Below are positions 60,580-64,000 of a stretch of 64,000 bases of DNA, one piece after another; the stretch's first letter is position 1; each line of letters starts with the position of its first letter. Below the pieces are notes generated by a model, which worked only from the letters and a program-made list of their open reading frames with translations, did not search any database and was not told the origin of the DNA. The translations under genes were made by a program, and so were the position numbers. This DNA comes from Neophaeotheca triangularis (lineage: Eukaryota), in contig BAAIJX010000083.1 of the NCBI GenBank assembly GCA_054600435.1, positions 1 to 64,000 of the forward strand. Reading direction: 5' to 3'.

Positions 60580-63264
60580 ATGGGCCGCGTCACTCGCGCC
60601 AAAGCCGCGCAAGTTGCCGAAGAGAGGCAGATGGAAGCTGATGCTGTTCTTGAGCTTCCGAATGAGAATGGAGGGGGTGATGAGACTGCTGTTGCGGTGA
60701 CGCCGCAGAAAGCGGGGAGTGAGGAGAGGAGGCCGCTGGAGGAGGTTGCGCCGAATAGTGCTGAGAGTGGTAAGGCCGCTGCTGCTGCTTCTGCTGCTGA
60801 GGAGGGGGAGGCTGGGGAAGAGGATGTGGGGGCTGAGGGGGAGGTGCAGGAGGGTGAGGGTGCGAGGAAGAGTAAGAGGGGGAGGAAGGGGAGGGGTGGG
60901 AAGGGGAAGAAGGCCGGGGTTGAGGGAGCTTGGGGGGAGCTGGGAAATGAGGATCAGATGGGGGAGGATGTTGTGCGTGAGCAAGAGGGTGGGGTCGGTG
61001 CGGAGGCTGCTACGAGGATTGAGGATGAGACTGCCAGAAGGGATGACGTGGAGCTGGTTTCTGAAGGTACGTTTGGTGTGGCGAGAAAGGCGGTGGTTGA
61101 GAAGGATGGAAGCTTACGTTGTACAGCTATGAGTGGCCTGCAGATGTCGCCGAAGGCGAGGGAATCCAATGTTGCGGACGAGGCTGCCTCAACTGCACCT
61201 TTGCCTGCAGTACAAGAGCAGACTTCTGAAATTGTGGAGTCCACGGAGACAAAGCCAGATGACATCGTAATTGAGGATGCTGCGAGTACACAGAAGTCGA
61301 CGGCGCAACCGGAACCTGTACGCTCAGCTTCGCCACCTCCTACAGCTACACCGAAAGCTATCGAATCTCTTCGCAAAGATACTCCGGCCAAGCGATCCAC
61401 TAGCAACAAGGAGAATGTGGAGCCAGTAGAAGTTCAGTCACCAACACCAGCTGCATCTGAGACGCCCGAGCCGCACTCAAGTCTAGATGCCTTGATGGCC
61501 GCACCTGCTGAAGCTCAGCCCGAGACCCCAGAGACCCCAGAGACAGTCGCAGAGCCCACCCAGACAGCAAAAGAAGATCCAGCACCTCAAGAACCAAATA
61601 TCTCCACGGACTCCCCAGAAAAAGCCCTCGACAAAGTCGATTCTGACTCAGCCACGCCAGCACAACCAGAGACTGCAAAGCCCTCCACCAAACTCAAGCG
61701 CGCCCCTAGCGTTCGCACGACAAAAGCCAGCCAAGCACGCATCTCACTTGCACAAGGCGCGAGATCAGAAGCAGAAAAAGGTCCCGCGCTTGGGAGGAGT
61801 AGCTCAGTCAGACAATCGAACGCGCTCGGCCGCTCGAATTCGATCCGAAACTCCACAGGACCACAGTCTTCTGCTCTCGGCCACTCGACCTCGGTCAGAC
61901 AGTCTACAGCACCCCAAGCGTCTGCTCTCGGCCGATCAAGCTCAGTCAGACAATCTACATCGACCAGACCACGTACCGAAGCGCTCTCAACCTCGCGTCG
62001 CGCTCCCTCCGACAAGACCAACACTTCTAAACCCACAACCTCCGACTCGATGGCTAGCAAATCACAAGACAACGAAACCAAACCTTCCTCCACCACAACC
62101 CAGCCCAACAGCAAGCGCTTTCCCACACCCCCACCACCGCCCAAGTCCAAAAAGCCACCCACAACCTCCAGCTTCCAACTCCCAGGCGAGGCTGTGGCAG
62201 CAAAACTCAAAGCCGCCCGCGAAGAGAGAATGAAAAAAGAAGAAGCCGAAGCAGAGAAGAAACCGGCGCCTTTCAAAGCGCGTCCTGCCCCTGCTATGGG
62301 AGCCGGTGGGTTAAAGAAGAGTGCGAGTGTAAGACAAACGGCTAGCAGCCGCGCTCGTGAGTCGATGGCTGGGGCGAAAGAAGGCGAGGCTGGTGTTTCA
62401 GGACACAAGAGGGCCAAAACCGCGCTGGCTGGTTCATCCTCTACTACTCCCTTCTCCGCCTCCACAACCACAAGACCTACACCACCGGTTTCCAAACGCG
62501 TGAGCAGTGTGGGCAAACCGCCCACTTCGATGTCGACTTCAACCAAAGCGACCGCAACCGCCCCTGCGCGCATCAGCATCAAACCCTCTATCCCGCCCCC
62601 AACCGACTCGAACAAAAACGGCCTCTCAATCTCCAAACGCCCGTCCACGGTCCACGCCTCATCCACCAAACCTGCAGCCACAGACTCATCAACAAACTCC
62701 AAAGCCCGCGTCTCCTCTCTCACGACCCGCAACCCCAGCAGCAGCAACAACCGCATCACTTCCACAGGCTCCAGCACGGCCAAAGGCAAGGAAGTCTACT
62801 CACGCTCCGCGCTTGCCAAGAGCGCTGCGGAGAAGGAGAAGAAGGAGAAAGAGGAGGCTGCTAAAGCTGCTAGGCTTGCTGCCGCTGCTAGGGGGAGGGA
62901 GTTGAGTCGAGAGTGGGCGGCCAAGCAGAAGGAGAGGAAGAATGGGGGTAAGGGCAGGAGTGGGGAGGGGAAGTCTGAGGGTACAAAGGGGGTGAGTGCT
63001 GATGCTAGGGTTGATGGTGCTAGGATTGTGCCTGTTGCGGAGGATGCTGAGGAGGTAAGCGGTGGTGATCAGAATGGTGCTGATGCGCTCGAGGCTGGCT
63101 CGGAAGTCCAGGCGGATGCTGGTGCTGTGCCTGCTGCTGATGGCGCTGTTGCCGATGTTTCGATGACCGATGCCCCCACTGCGACCGAGGCCGAAGAAGC
63201 CGGTATCGAGGGTGCGGCAACCTCACCGCTACCGACGGCCGAGGGCGCTGCTGTCGCCGCTTAA
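60580..63264 (+). CDS. Low-complexity protein with a TPX2-like FKARP motif (acidic N-half, basic S/T-rich C-half)
   Basis: Start ACCATGG MGRVTRAKAA; islands KSKKPPTTSSFQLPGEAVAAKLKAAREER, FKARPAP and AAARGRELSREWAAKQK; probable 60-nt intron at 61067-61126. Confidence 0.8.
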   Translation: MGRVTRAKAAQVAEERQMEADAVLELPNENGGGDETAVAVTPQKAGSEERRPLEEVAPNSAESGKAAAAASAAEEGEAGEEDVGAEGEVQEGEGARKSKRGRKGRGGKGKKAGVEGAWGELGNEDQMGEDVVREQEGGVGAEAATRIEDETARRDDVELVSEGTFGVARKAVVEKDGSLRCTAMSGLQMSPKARESNVADEAASTAPLPAVQEQTSEIVESTETKPDDIVIEDAASTQKSTAQPEPVRSASPPPTATPKAIESLRKDTPAKRSTSNKENVEPVEVQSPTPAASETPEPHSSLDALMAAPAEAQPETPETPETVAEPTQTAKEDPAPQEPNISTDSPEKALDKVDSDSATPAQPETAKPSTKLKRAPSVRTTKASQARISLAQGARSEAEKGPALGRSSSVRQSNALGRSNSIRNSTGPQSSALGHSTSVRQSTAPQASALGRSSSVRQSTSTRPRTEALSTSRRAPSDKTNTSKPTTSDSMASKSQDNETKPSSTTTQPNSKRFPTPPPPPKSKKPPTTSSFQLPGEAVAAKLKAAREERMKKEEAEAEKKPAPFKARPAPAMGAGGLKKSASVRQTASSRARESMAGAKEGEAGVSGHKRAKTALAGSSSTTPFSASTTTRPTPPVSKRVSSVGKPPTSMSTSTKATATAPARISIKPSIPPPTDSNKNGLSISKRPSTVHASSTKPAATDSSTNSKARVSSLTTRNPSSSNNRITSTGSSTAKGKEVYSRSALAKSAAEKEKKEKEEAAKAARLAAAARGRELSREWAAKQKERKNGGKGRSGEGKSEGTKGVSADARVDGARIVPVAEDAEEVSGGDQNGADALEAGSEVQADAGAVPAADGAVADVSMTDAPTATEAEEAGIEGAATSPLPTAEGAAVAA

Positions 63265-64000
63265 GCTCTGTCTCTGACTCGCAAGGACTACGAGCTAGAG
63301 TTCTGGAGAATTGCCTTGCTCAAGGACATCAAGAGAGTGTGTATTGGCTACCATGACCTTCTCTGGTCATCCGTGAGGCATACGTCTAGCACAAGGGCAT
63401 TTTTTCATTCAGGACGAGCATGGAAAGCCTGAGCAGTCGGATGGGGGTCTGAATAGTCTTTTTGGGAAGGAATAGCATTGGCGCTGGAGGCACGTGGGAG
63501 GGAACGGGCGCTTGGTGTACTGTACTACCTGTTGGCGCCTTCTTGTAGTATTCATAGCTTCTCTAAATGATTCAACTACCCTCGGAATTCTTACAAAAAG
63601 TCTGGGACGCAGAGGGCGATAGTTCAAGGCCAAACAAAGCCGGCACGCGTACGAGGTTCCGCTTTGCCCTCCATCAGTGTGAATCGATCAAGAACTTGGT
63701 AGCCCCTACACGACCGACCGACCGAGCACGATATTCGACTAGCAATAACCCAACCCCTACACCCGCCTCACCAACTCTCTACAGCCGACAGCCGACACTT
63801 GCCACGCCGCTTAATTAGGCTTTCCGGGCCCAAACCCATCATCGTCCCGGGATAACCCACCTTCTCGACCGCGCGATCGACTTTGTAGTTCTAGCACGCC
63901 CCGAGCGTCCCGCCATTCGCCTGCCTGCCTGTCGCCTCACAGCAAGCATCACTAGCGGTCGCTTGATAACAGGGACTGATTTCAGGGAGACGGGGAATGG

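Overview
Left end of a chromosome from a filamentous ascomycete, most likely a Dothideomycete (Mycosphaerellaceae-like). The taxon is inferred from GT-AG introns with CTRAC branch sites, RIP-type sequence and gene content. The window opens with a (CCCTAA)n telomere, a block of nine variant CTCTAA units and about 2.5 kb of TpA-rich, RIP-like relic DNA. Accessory-type genes follow: two APC amino-acid permeases, a secreted Thr/Cys-rich protein, a PTH11-like receptor, a collapsed ABC-G pseudogene and an FAD monooxygenase. From about 17 kb the genes are mostly core genes: MPP10, a kelch membrane protein, MAP2, Tctex-1, VTC1, a GH3 beta-glucosidase, an NCBP3-like gene, SEC23, a DAACS symporter, HEM2 and a low-complexity protein with a TPX2-like motif. 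Microsatellite-rich spacers and probable pseudogenes lie between them. I could not support any rRNA, tRNA, CRISPR array or intact transposon. The best leads are: (1) a coding-like, intron-containing, in-frame 110-codon extension behind the TAG of the NCBP3-like gene; (2) a recurrent C-rich to G-rich flip of synonymous codons near gene ends; (3) the uniform variant telomere block; (4) a hairpin-like 364-nt SEC23 intron; (5) possible structured non-coding RNA between the NCBP3-like gene and SEC23. All protein assignments come from motifs recognised by eye; no searches were run.
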